Below are positions 8,026 through 16,573 of a DNA stretch of 43,660 nucleotides, one piece after another. Source of the stretch: a virus (Duplodnaviria > Caudoviricetes); the IMG/VR virus record IMGVR_UViG_3300026863_000031, positions 1 through 43,660 of that record. One strand, 5' to 3'. The position numbers were made by a program, and so were the translations under genes. Each line of letters starts with the position of its first letter. Positions within the stretch are counted from its first letter, which is position 1. The notes under the pieces were generated by a model, which was given only the letters and a program-made list of their open reading frames with translations, had not been told where the DNA came from and did no database searches.

Positions 8026-10642
8026 ACCGACGACGGCCAGCGACTATCAGGCGTTCCTCGAGGCGAAGGTGCCGACTGCACCGCGCGCGGGCTTCGACTG
8101 CGATCTCGACGAGGTGCGCAGCCATCTCACCGACGGCCGCGAGATGAAGCCGCATGTTCGCGCCATCGTCCAGTGGGGCGTGCTCGGCGGCCGCCGAGCA
8201 TTCTTCCTCGCCTTTGGCCTCCACAAGACGATGATCCAGCTGGAGACGGTCCGGATCGTCGCGGCAAAGGCCGATGGTCCAGCGCTGATCGTGTTGCCCC
8301 TCGGCGTCCGCCAGGAGTTCTTTGCGGACGCTGAGTTGCTCGGCACGAAGGTCGCGTTCTGCCAGAGCGACGCCGAGATCGCACCGCTGATGGATCGCAT
8401 GGCGTGGCCGGCCGGTCAGATGCCGATCATCCTCACCAACTATGAGAGTGTCCGCGAGGGCAAGATCGATGTCAGCCGCTTCAAGGTGGCAAGCCTCGAT
8501 GAAGCGGACATCCTGCGCAGCTTCGGGTCGAAGACCTATCAGGAGTTCTTGCCGCTGTTCGAGGCGGTGCCCTTCCGGTTCGTTGCGACAGCGACGCCCA
8601 ACCCCAACCGGCACAAGGAACTGATCCACTATGCCGGGTTCCTCGGCATCATGGACACGGGTCAGGCCCTCACCCGGTTCTTCCAGCGCAACAGCGAGAA
8701 GGCCGGCGACCTAACCCTCTACGACCACAAGGCGGATGAGTTCCGGCTGTGGCTGAACAGCTGGGCGTGCTGCGCGAACCGTCCGAGCGACCTGGGGTTC
8801 AGCGATGACGGCTATGTCCTGCCCCCGATCGAAGTGCGCTGGCACGAGGTGAAGGCGGACATCGGCGCGGCCGGGACCGACAGCCGCGGCCAACACCGCT
8901 TGATGCGCGGCGCGGCGTTGGGCGTGGTCGATGCCGCCCGGGAGAAGCGCGCGACGCTCCACGATCGCGTTGCGAAAGTGGCGGAGATTGTCGCTGCCTC
9001 CCCCGCCGATCACTTCCTGATCTGGCACGACCTCGAGGACGAGCGGAAGGCGCTGGCCGCGGCCGTGCCCGACGCCGAGTTCGTCTATGGCGCCCAGCCG
9101 CTCGGGCCGCGCGAGAACATCGTTGAGCGGTTCAAGGAGGGCCTTCTCCGCAACCTCGGCGCAAAGCCGGTGATGCTCGGCGCCGGCGGCAACCTTCAGC
9201 GCAATTGCCATCGCGCGGTGTTCACGGGCGTCGGCTTCAAGTTCCGCGACTTCATCCAGGCTATCCACCGCATCCAGCGGTTCGGCCAGCTGGAGCCGGT
9301 CGGCATCGATATCGTGTTCGCAGAAACCGAGAGCGAGGTCGTCCGCGATCTCAAGACGAAGTGGGCGCAGCACGACGAGATGGCGGAGCGGATGAGCGGC
9401 ATCATCCGCCAATTCGGGCTCCAGCATGACGTCGCGCTCGCCAACCTCAAGCGCTCGATCGGTGTCGAACGGCGGGTCGAGGGCGGTGACCGGTGGACGA
9501 TGGCGCATAACGATTGCGTGGATGAGGCCGGACGGCTGGAGCCCGGATCGGTGGATCTGATCGTCACGTCGATCCCCTTCTCGAACCATTACGAGTACAC
9601 CCCAAGCTACAACGATTTCGGCCACACGGACGACGACGCGCACTTCTTCGCGCAGATGGATCATCTGACCCCGAAGCTGTTCGCGGCACTCGCGCCCGGG
9701 CGGCTGGCCTGCATCCACGTCAAGGACCGGATCCTGTTCGGGTCGGTGACGGGTGAAGGGGTGCCGACGGTCAATCCGTTCCATGCCAAGGCGCTGTTCC
9801 ACTACCTGCGACACGGCTTCCAGTTCCTCGGCATGCGGCACGTCGACACCGACGTCGTGCGCGAGAATAACCAGACCTATCGGCTCTCCTATGGCGAGAT
9901 GCTCAAGGACGCGACCAAGATGGGTTGCGGGTCCCCGGAGTATATCCTGCTGCTGCGCAAGCCACAGTCGGACCAGTCGCGCGGCTATGCAGACAAGCCG
10001 GTGCGCAAGGAGCGCGGCGATTACAGCCTCGCCCGGTGGCAGGTAGACGCCCACGCCCATTGGAGGAGCAGCGGCGACCGCCTGCTGATGCCCGAGGAAT
10101 TGGCCGACGACACGCTGGCCGATCATGTCGAGCGGTTCGCGGCGATGCCGATCAAAGCGCTCGTGAAGGCGTTTCGCGAGCAGAGCCGGGACATCGTCTA
10201 TGACCACGAGGCGCATGTCGCGATCGGCGAGCGGATCGACGCGCGCGGCGACAGCGACGGCCGGGGACGCCTCCCGCGCAAGTTCATGGCGCTGGCGCCT
10301 GGCGCCACGGACCCGACCATCTGGGACGACGTTGTCCGGATGCGGACGCTCAACGCAGAGCAGGTTCGCCGCGGTGCCGAAAAGCACGTCTGCCCGCTCC
10401 AGTTCGATATCGTCGATCGGCTCATCAACTTCTACTCGATGCCGGGCGAGCTGGTGTTCGACCCCTTCGCGGGGCTCGGCACGGTCCCGCTGCGTGCTGT
10501 GGAGCTTGGCCGGCGCGGGTATGGGAGCGAGCTGAACCCGCTCTATTTCGGGTTCGCCTGCGAGTACCTGCGCAGCGCGGCGGCGAGCATCGCCCAACCG
10601 AAGCTGTTCGACCTCCTCGGTGCAGAGGCGCAGGCGGCATGA
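8018..10642 (+). CDS. SNF2-like helicase fused to an N4/N6 DNA methyltransferase
   Basis: Helicase motifs GLHKT, LDEAD, ATATP, QAIHRIQRFGQ. MTase motifs DLIVTSIPF then DPFAGLGT (beta-class order). Confidence 0.9.
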   Translation: MPEPTTASDYQAFLEAKVPTAPRAGFDCDLDEVRSHLTDGREMKPHVRAIVQWGVLGGRRAFFLAFGLHKTMIQLETVRIVAAKADGPALIVLPLGVRQEFFADAELLGTKVAFCQSDAEIAPLMDRMAWPAGQMPIILTNYESVREGKIDVSRFKVASLDEADILRSFGSKTYQEFLPLFEAVPFRFVATATPNPNRHKELIHYAGFLGIMDTGQALTRFFQRNSEKAGDLTLYDHKADEFRLWLNSWACCANRPSDLGFSDDGYVLPPIEVRWHEVKADIGAAGTDSRGQHRLMRGAALGVVDAAREKRATLHDRVAKVAEIVAASPADHFLIWHDLEDERKALAAAVPDAEFVYGAQPLGPRENIVERFKEGLLRNLGAKPVMLGAGGNLQRNCHRAVFTGVGFKFRDFIQAIHRIQRFGQLEPVGIDIVFAETESEVVRDLKTKWAQHDEMAERMSGIIRQFGLQHDVALANLKRSIGVERRVEGGDRWTMAHNDCVDEAGRLEPGSVDLIVTSIPFSNHYEYTPSYNDFGHTDDDAHFFAQMDHLTPKLFAALAPGRLACIHVKDRILFGSVTGEGVPTVNPFHAKALFHYLRHGFQFLGMRHVDTDVVRENNQTYRLSYGEMLKDATKMGCGSPEYILLLRKPQSDQSRGYADKPVRKERGDYSLARWQVDAHAHWRSSGDRLLMPEELADDTLADHVERFAAMPIKALVKAFREQSRDIVYDHEAHVAIGERIDARGDSDGRGRLPRKFMALAPGATDPTIWDDVVRMRTLNAEQVRRGAEKHVCPLQFDIVDRLINFYSMPGELVFDPFAGLGTVPLRAVELGRRGYGSELNPLYFGFACEYLRSAAASIAQPKLFDLLGAEAQAA

Positions 10643-10920
10643 GCGGCGCGGAAAACAAGATCGTCGTGCGCTTCCCCGTGCGTGCATTGAGGATCGGCAT
10701 GCTGACCCGCGCCGCGGAGCTTATCGGCCCGGCGCGCCTTGCCGCTGCGCTCGACATTCAACCCCGCTCGCTCCGCGCGAAACTGTCGTCCGATCGAACC
10801 ATCGGTGACAGCGACCTTGCCCGCACGGCGGAGGCGCTGGACCGCCTGGCAAAGGTCGCTGCTGCGCAGGCCAGCGCGATCCGGAGAATCCTGCCCGACG
10901 GCAAGGAGGCTTCGCAGTGA
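10639..10920 (+). CDS. Hypothetical HTH-like protein
   Basis: GPARLAAALDIQPRSLRAKL. ATGA coupling. Confidence 0.6.
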   Translation: MSGAENKIVVRFPVRALRIGMLTRAAELIGPARLAAALDIQPRSLRAKLSSDRTIGDSDLARTAEALDRLAKVAAAQASAIRRILPDGKEASQ

Positions 10921-11087
10921 TCGCCGCGCTCGAACGCCTCTGGTTCCGCTTCCGGACCCGCGCACTACGCCGGCGGCTGGACATCGCCCTTGAGATCCGT
11001 CGCCGCCACCGCGCCGACCGGCAGGCCGCGGCAAAGCGCGCGGCGAACACCCGTTTTCAACATCGAATGGAGGGACTTACGCGATGA
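10917..11087 (+). CDS. Small Arg-rich hypothetical protein (56 aa, not in the ORF track)
   Basis: GTGA and ATGA overlaps at both ends. AAGGAGG upstream. Confidence 0.6.
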   Translation: MIAALERLWFRFRTRALRRRLDIALEIRRRHRADRQAAAKRAANTRFQHRMEGLTR

Positions 11088-11326
11088 GCGACAGCATTTC
11101 CGCTGAACAGCTTCGCCAGTTCATCGAGCGCATCGAGCGGCTCGAGGAGGAGAAGAAGGGCATCAGCGACGACGTCAAGGACGTCTATAACGAGGCCAAG
11201 TCGAGCGGTTTCGATGCAAAGGCGATGCGGACCATCGTGCGCCTGCGCAAGCTGGAGAAGCATCAGCTCGACGAGCAGGATGCAATCCTCGAAACGTATC
11301 GCGCCGCGCTGGGGATGTCGGCATGA
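11084..11326 (+). CDS. gapR: GapR family nucleoid-associated protein (DUF2312)
   Basis: [36 protein letters not shown]...[11 protein letters not shown] is the canonical DUF2312 pattern. Confidence 0.95.
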   Translation: MSDSISAEQLRQFIERIERLEEEKKGISDDVKDVYNEAKSSGFDAKAMRTIVRLRKLEKHQLDEQDAILETYRAALGMSA

Positions 11327-12441
11327 GCGGCCTCCATTTCGTGTGCGAGGGCGCGATCCTCGGCAAGGCCCTTCGCGACGTCCGCAATGTCGTCGAGCGT
11401 GCCAATACGATCCCCATCGTCGGTAACGTGCTGATCGAGGCGGGTGAGGGCGTCGTCCGCCTGACCGGGACCAACTTCGATATCCGGGCGACGCGCGAGA
11501 TCGCCGCGGAGATCACCGCGGCCGGGTCGATCACCGTCCCCGCGCACCGGTTTGCCGACATGGTGACGGCGATGCCGAGCGGGTCGCAGGTCGAGGTCAA
11601 GCTCGCCGGCAGCCAGCTCCAGTTGCGGGGCGGCCGGGCGACGTTCAAGCTCCCGACGCTCGATGCGGAGGCGTTCCCGCCGCTCCCGTTCGGCGAAAGC
11701 GTCGCTTCGATCACGATGCCCGCGGCGACCGTGCGCGGCGCCATCGACACGGTGCGCTATGCCATGGCGCCGGACATTGCCCGGTTCTGGCTCAACGGCA
11801 TCTTCGTCCACACGGACGACCCGGCGCAGCTGAAGGTCGCGGCGAGCGATGGCGACCGCGTCCTGGCCCGCTGCGCGCTCCCGATGCCGCTGGGTGGTGA
11901 GGCGGTGCCGCCGTTCATCATCAGCGCGGGGCTCGTGGACTTGCTCCGCCGCACGCTGGGCGACGCCGATACCGACGTCGAGATCGACTTTTCGCCCGAG
12001 TGCGTCCGCTTCGCGTCGGACGGCCTGACGATCATCGGCAAGGCCATCGACGGCTCCTTCCCGGACTATCAGCGCATAATCCCGGCCGGGAACGGTACGC
12101 TCATCAAGATCGATCGAGATGCGCTCCGCGATGCGGTCACGCGCGTCCTGCTCGCCGGCGACGACAAGGCGTCCGGCGTCCGGCTGGAGGTCGAGAAGGA
12201 CCGGCTCACCATCTCGCGCGGCGATGCCGCGTGCGAGGGACGCGAGGAAGTCCCGTGCGAGACCGCCCTTCCGGACGGCCCCCGCCAGTATGGCTTCAAC
12301 GGCCGGTGCCTGAAGGATTCCATCGACGCGCTCGATGTGGATGCCCTTGAGGTCGCGCTCGGCGATCCGGCGCTCCCCGCCCTCATCACCAGCACCGCCC
12401 GGCCCGACGCCTCGCTGGTGCTCATGCCAATGCGAATTTGA
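11323..12441 (+). CDS. dnaN: DNA polymerase III beta sliding clamp
   Basis: 372 aa with [36 protein letters not shown] and terminal VLMPMRI. Confidence 0.93.
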   Translation: MSGLHFVCEGAILGKALRDVRNVVERANTIPIVGNVLIEAGEGVVRLTGTNFDIRATREIAAEITAAGSITVPAHRFADMVTAMPSGSQVEVKLAGSQLQLRGGRATFKLPTLDAEAFPPLPFGESVASITMPAATVRGAIDTVRYAMAPDIARFWLNGIFVHTDDPAQLKVAASDGDRVLARCALPMPLGGEAVPPFIISAGLVDLLRRTLGDADTDVEIDFSPECVRFASDGLTIIGKAIDGSFPDYQRIIPAGNGTLIKIDRDALRDAVTRVLLAGDDKASGVRLEVEKDRLTISRGDAACEGREEVPCETALPDGPRQYGFNGRCLKDSIDALDVDALEVALGDPALPALITSTARPDASLVLMPMRI

Positions 12442-12451
12442 GGAGGCTGAT

Positions 12452-12787
12452 ATGCCAAAGGTGTTTATCGACGTTCCGGTCAGCGACCTTGTTGAGGCCC
12501 TCGGCCTTGAGCGTTTGCCTGTGGATTCCACGCTGCGCCCCGGGCAGCTCGCCGTCGAGATGGAGGTGTCCGTCGATCAGGACGTAATCGATGACGAGGC
12601 GACGGAAGTCGAACCCGAGCCGATCCGGATCGATGAGGGCGACCTGCGCGACGGGTTCCGCGCGCTGTTCGCTGGCGACCTCCCACTCGCCCGGACCTTG
12701 CTCCAGCGAGCGATGGACGATGACGACAACGCCAAGCGCGTCATCGAGGAGGAGCTGCGCGCGGCTGGGCGGAAGCGGGCGGCGTGA
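12452..12787 (+). CDS. Acidic hypothetical protein
   Basis: GAGGAGG Shine-Dalgarno before the ATG at 12452. Confidence 0.7.
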   Translation: MPKVFIDVPVSDLVEALGLERLPVDSTLRPGQLAVEMEVSVDQDVIDDEATEVEPEPIRIDEGDLRDGFRALFAGDLPLARTLLQRAMDDDDNAKRVIEEELRAAGRKRAA

Positions 12788-14202
12788 TCTCCTACATCGA
12801 CATCTGCTCCGGCATTTCAGCACCGACGATGGCGTGGAAGCCGCTCGGCTGGCGCGCGCTGTGCTTCGCGGAGATCGATGCCGCGCCCCGCGCCGTGCTC
12901 GCGCATCACTATCCCGACGTGCCGCTCGTCGGGGACTTCACCGAGATCGAAGGCGATGAATATGGAACAGCCGACCTCATTGTTGGCGGCACCCCCTGCC
13001 AGGATTTCAGCGTCGCCGGACAGCGCGCGGGCGTGGGCGGCGAGCGTGGCAACCTCACGCTCGAATATGCTCGCCTTGCTCGGCGCTCGCGCGCCCGGTG
13101 GCTGGTATGGGAGAACGTCCCCGGCGTGTTCTCGCTTAACGGCGGTCGCGATTTCGGCGCCGTCCTCGCCGAGTTCGCCGGATACCCCGAAGGAACCGTC
13201 TTTACCCCCCCCCATGGCGGTTGGCGAAATTCTGGCGTCGTTGCCGCTGCCCGGCCCGACAGTCACGGGCTCGCATGGCGAGTGCTTGACGCTCAGCACT
13301 TCGGAGTTCCCCAGCGACGGCGCCGCGTCTTCGTTGTCGGATATCTTGGAGACTGGCGACGTGCCGCCGCGGTACTTCTTGAGCGGGAGGGCCTGTCGGG
13401 GCATCCTGCGCCGCGCCGCGAAGCGCGGCAAACCGCTCCCACCCTCCCTAGCCGACGCACTGCAGGCGGCGGACTTGGCACCGAGTTCGACTGCGACGGC
13501 GGGCTGATTGCGGCGACCGTTTCGTCCAAATGGGCCAAGGGGTCAGGCGGGCCGTCAGGCGACGAATGCCAGAACCTTGTCGGGGTTCCACAAGCGTTCG
13601 ACGCCAGGCAACGCGATGTTGTTCAGTATGGTGATCGGGCCGGGCAGCTCGACACCGATGCGTACTCGCAAGCCGTTTTCAGCATCACGCCGAGCAACAG
13701 CAACAAGGACTACAACGCTCGCGCTGTCGAGCGGGCGCAATCCGTCACGGCCGGAGGAAATCGGCCCAGCGCGCGCGGGGGCGACGTAGTTTGCTTTGGT
13801 GCGAAGGGCAGCGGCAACGACGTCGGGCAGATCGCCCCGACCCTCCGAGCGGGCGGGCATGCCGCCAGTCACGCAAACGCTGGTGTCATGCCGGCCGTCG
13901 CCTTCGCTCAGAACCAGCCCGACGAGCTACGCACGATGGCCGTGGCCGGTGCGCTTGCGGCCGAGCCCGGAGCGAAACAGCAGACTTATGTCGCCACTTC
14001 GCAGGTTCGACGCCTGACCCCGCGCGAGTGCGAGCGCCTCCAAGGCTTCCCCGACGACTTCACCCTCGTTCCGCGCAAGGGGAAGCCCATGGCGGACGGC
14101 CCGCGGTACAAGATGCTCGGCAACAGCATGGCGGTTCCGGTCCTTGCGTGGATCGGTCGGCGCATCGAGCTCGTCGAGCAACTGGAGGCCAGCGCTGCGT
14201 GA
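12784..14202 (+). CDS. C5 cytosine DNA methyltransferase
   Basis: Motifs I (CSGISA), IV (GGTPCQDFS), VI (ENV), VIII (QRRRR), IX (RRLTPRECERLQGFP) and X (GNS). Confidence 0.95.
   Translation: MISYIDICSGISAPTMAWKPLGWRALCFAEIDAAPRAVLAHHYPDVPLVGDFTEIEGDEYGTADLIVGGTPCQDFSVAGQRAGVGGERGNLTLEYARLARRSRARWLVWENVPGVFSLNGGRDFGAVLAEFAGYPEGTVFTPPHGGWRNSGVVAAARPDSHGLAWRVLDAQHFGVPQRRRRVFVVGYLGDWRRAAAVLLEREGLSGHPAPRREARQTAPTLPSRRTAGGGLGTEFDCDGGLIAATVSSKWAKGSGGPSGDECQNLVGVPQAFDARQRDVVQYGDRAGQLDTDAYSQAVFSITPSNSNKDYNARAVERAQSVTAGGNRPSARGGDVVCFGAKGSGNDVGQIAPTLRAGGHAASHANAGVMPAVAFAQNQPDELRTMAVAGALAAEPGAKQQTYVATSQVRRLTPRECERLQGFPDDFTLVPRKGKPMADGPRYKMLGNSMAVPVLAWIGRRIELVEQLEASAA
12956..13507 (+). CDS. Nested alternative-frame ORF, putative accessory subunit of the C5 methyltransferase (M.EcoHK31I-beta-like)
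   Basis: Open +1 frame inside the MTase gene containing GECLTLSTSEFPSDGAASSLSDILETGDVPPRYFLS...ILRRAAKRGKPLP. Start is uncertain. Confidence 0.65.
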   Translation: MNMEQPTSLLAAPPARISASPDSARAWAASVATSRSNMLALLGARAPGGWYGRTSPACSRLTAVAISAPSSPSSPDTPKEPSLPPPMAVGEILASLPLPGPTVTGSHGECLTLSTSEFPSDGAASSLSDILETGDVPPRYFLSGRACRGILRRAAKRGKPLPPSLADALQAADLAPSSTATAG

Positions 14203-14954
14203 CCCGGTGGTATCGCGCCTATGAAGGGACGGTCACGGACCCCAAGCTCGGCGAGGCCGCGTTGATCGCGGGCGCGTCGAAGTCCGTCGCCATCGCCGCC
14301 TGGCACTGCCTGCTCGAGAATGCGTCCTCAACCGGCGAATCCGGCCGGTTCACGACGAGTGCTCGACGGGTTGCAGTCATCCTCTCCGAAGCCCCTGCCA
14401 CCGTCGAAGCGGTGTTCAGCGCCTTCGGGGAAGTCGGCCTCACCATCGGCGATCAGGTCGCCGCGTGGTCACGCCGCCAGTACGAGAGCGACAACAGCAC
14501 CGCGCGCTCTCGCAAGCACCGGGAGAACAAGCGCAACGGCAGTGCAACGTTGCAGGGACGTTGCGCAACGCCCCCAGATACAGAAGCAGATACAGATACG
14601 GATGCTAACGCATCCGGCGCCGGGGCGCCGCCTGCGCCCCCCGAAGTGCCAAATCCCGCTGACCTGAAAGCCGCCGTCTTCGCGTCTGGCGTCCCGCTGC
14701 TCACCGCATCGGGCATGACCGACCGCAACGCCCGCTCGATGCTCGGCCGCTGGAGGCGCGACTACAAGGACGGCGCCGTCCTCGATGCCCTCTCCGCCGC
14801 ACAGGGCGAGACGCCATCGGATCCGGTCGCCTGGATCAATCGAACACTGGAGGCCCGCAATGGGAGAGATCGCGACCATCGACCAAACCGCGAGAAGTAT
14901 CGCGACCCCCTTCTCGCTCGCCATGTTGGAGGCGGCCATCCCGGGCTGGGTTGA
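14199..14954 (+). CDS. Phage replication initiator (replisome organiser)
   Basis: GTG start. WYRAYEGTVTDPK...WSRRQYESDNSTARSRKHRE followed by a low-complexity linker whose DNA holds repeats, then a C-terminal helical domain. Confidence 0.75.
   Translation: MTRWYRAYEGTVTDPKLGEAALIAGASKSVAIAAWHCLLENASSTGESGRFTTSARRVAVILSEAPATVEAVFSAFGEVGLTIGDQVAAWSRRQYESDNSTARSRKHRENKRNGSATLQGRCATPPDTEADTDTDANASGAGAPPAPPEVPNPADLKAAVFASGVPLLTASGMTDRNARSMLGRWRRDYKDGAVLDALSAAQGETPSDPVAWINRTLEARNGRDRDHRPNREKYRDPLLARHVGGGHPGLG
14533..14600. repeat. Candidate replication origin iterons within the initiator gene
   Basis: Five GCAACG copies in both orientations, including palindromes TGCAACGTTGCA and CGTTGCGCAACG, followed by three CAGATA. 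Confidence 0.55.
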
Positions 14955-15489
14955 CCTACGCGAGCTCGATGCGAGCTTTCCGCTCGGGTACGGCCTGCCC
15001 GTCCCGGCTGGTGCCGCACCGGCGCTGCGTGAAGCGGCTGCGCTCCACGCAGCGGCCATGGCGCCCGCGACGACGGAGGAGCGTCACGCGATCCTGATGG
15101 GCCTGCGCTCGGCGACGATCCTGCGCGACGAACATGCGGACGAGGCGGAGGCGAGCCTTGCGCTGCTGCGCGTCCACCTCTCCGATGTCCCGCTCGACGT
15201 CTTGCAGGCGGCGTGCCGCGCATACTGCAACGTGCCGGGCCGCCGCTTTTTCCCCCGGTCGGCCGGCGAGCTGCGAACCTTCACCGCGCCGCTGATGTAC
15301 GCGCGCACCGCCCGGGCATTTCGGCTGCGCAAGCTGGCGGATGCGGCGGAGAGGGCGGACGCCCGGCGCGCTGAGCTGGAAGCCGATCCGCTGACACCCG
15401 AGGCGATGGAGGAAATCCTTGCGTCGAACGGGCTGTCCGGGGCCTGTGCCGCGCGCATCCGCCCGGGTGGAGCCGATGGTGCAGCATGA
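14860..15489 (+). CDS. Hypothetical replication-associated protein (loader-like position)
   Basis: Follows the initiator. LSDVPLDVLQAACRAY...FFPRSAGELR resembles phage helicase-loader-type domains. Confidence 0.6.
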   Translation: MGEIATIDQTARSIATPFSLAMLEAAIPGWVDLRELDASFPLGYGLPVPAGAAPALREAAALHAAAMAPATTEERHAILMGLRSATILRDEHADEAEASLALLRVHLSDVPLDVLQAACRAYCNVPGRRFFPRSAGELRTFTAPLMYARTARAFRLRKLADAAERADARRAELEADPLTPEAMEEILASNGLSGACAARIRPGGADGAA

Positions 15490-15517
15490 GAACGAAAGTG
15501 GTACGAAGGGCGCGGGG

Positions 15518-16096
15518 ATGATGATGACAGCGATCGAGCAACCGGAAGCCGCCCAGTGGTGCATCCTGCGGACCAGCCCGGGCCGCACGCTCAACCTTGC
15601 CGCCTCGCTGGCGGCGGGTGGGTTCGAGGTGTGGACGCCAGTCGAGACCGTGCTGCGACGGGTTCAGCGGGGCAGCAAGGCCAAGGAGGAGCGCGCAGCC
15701 GCCATGATGCCGACGTTCGTGTTTGCGGCTTCGGCGCACATGGGTGACCTGGCGGCAATCATCGAGGCGCCCAGCAGCCCGCATCCGCCATTCTCCCTGT
15801 TCACCTATTTCGGCCGGGTGCCGACGATCCGAGACGCAGAGATCGGATACCTGCGTGGGCTCGAGGAGCAGGCCCGCAAGCGGACCTTGCGCAAGCAGCG
15901 ACACACGTTCAGCGCTGGGGAGCGGGTGACCGTGAACGATGGCGCATGGACGGGGCTGTCGGGCAAGGTGGTGGAGAGCGACGGCAAGCATGCGCTGATC
16001 TGTTTCGGCTCGATGCGACCGATCAAGATTGCCTCTTTCCTACTGAATCCGATTGGGGTAAACCGTGAACATCCCGCTCTCGGGAACGCTGCATGA
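15518..16096 (+). CDS. NusG-family transcription antiterminator (NGN plus KOW)
   Basis: WCILRT...GFEVWTP...MPTFVFA (NGN domain) and GERVTVNDGAWTGLSGKV (KOW). Alternative start at 15476. Confidence 0.88.
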   Translation: MMMTAIEQPEAAQWCILRTSPGRTLNLAASLAAGGFEVWTPVETVLRRVQRGSKAKEERAAAMMPTFVFAASAHMGDLAAIIEAPSSPHPPFSLFTYFGRVPTIRDAEIGYLRGLEEQARKRTLRKQRHTFSAGERVTVNDGAWTGLSGKVVESDGKHALICFGSMRPIKIASFLLNPIGVNREHPALGNAA

Positions 16097-16228
16097 GCAG
16101 CTTGGCAGGTTTGAAGGTAGGCCACGTAGCCCATCGCGCCAGCCACCCATCGACCGCCGCACGTTTGGTGCGCGCGGGCGGGGTGGCGAAGCCTGCACCG
16201 AATTTCGGCTCGCTAGTGTGAGGGTCTG

Positions 16229-16483
16229 ATGACCAAGGATGAACTGGCCTGCCTCAAGCGCGGCGACCTCGTCCGTCACAAGCACGACAGCCGAGCCTAT
16301 GTCGTCACCACCAACCACGGTGATCGGGTGACAGCTGTAGCATCGGTCGAAATGACGAACCCCGTCGAGTGGGATCGGATCGACTTGCACGGTCGCGTGC
16401 TGACCGACGTCGCGCCGGCCGAGCCGTTGGCCGACGATTGCAAGGGCTGCGGCGAGTGCCGCGTGTGCACGGCCAGCCCCTAG
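16229..16483 (+). CDS. Hypothetical protein
   Basis: GAGGG upstream, SH3-like LKRGDLVRHK, C-terminal CxxCxxCxxC. Confidence 0.6.
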   Translation: MTKDELACLKRGDLVRHKHDSRAYVVTTNHGDRVTAVASVEMTNPVEWDRIDLHGRVLTDVAPAEPLADDCKGCGECRVCTASP

Positions 16484-16487
16484 CCTT

Positions 16488-16535
16488 GGGTCCTTCCCGC
16501 GTCTCCGCCCAATGCGGGGAGCAAAGGCATGTAAG
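16488..16535 (+). other. Candidate cos site (cosQ-like GGGTCCT followed by a cosN-like dyad)
   Basis: GGGTCCT at 16488 is the lambda cosQ sequence. ATGC-N11-GCAT follows at about 16512-16530, just upstream of terS. Confidence 0.6.
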
Positions 16536-16573
16536 CAGCCCAGCTACGGGCTGTGAAAGGTGTCCGCACTGAA

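Noticed and set aside
8018-14202. Complete restriction-modification system
   Set aside because: No endonuclease gene is recognisable, so both methyltransferases look like orphans.
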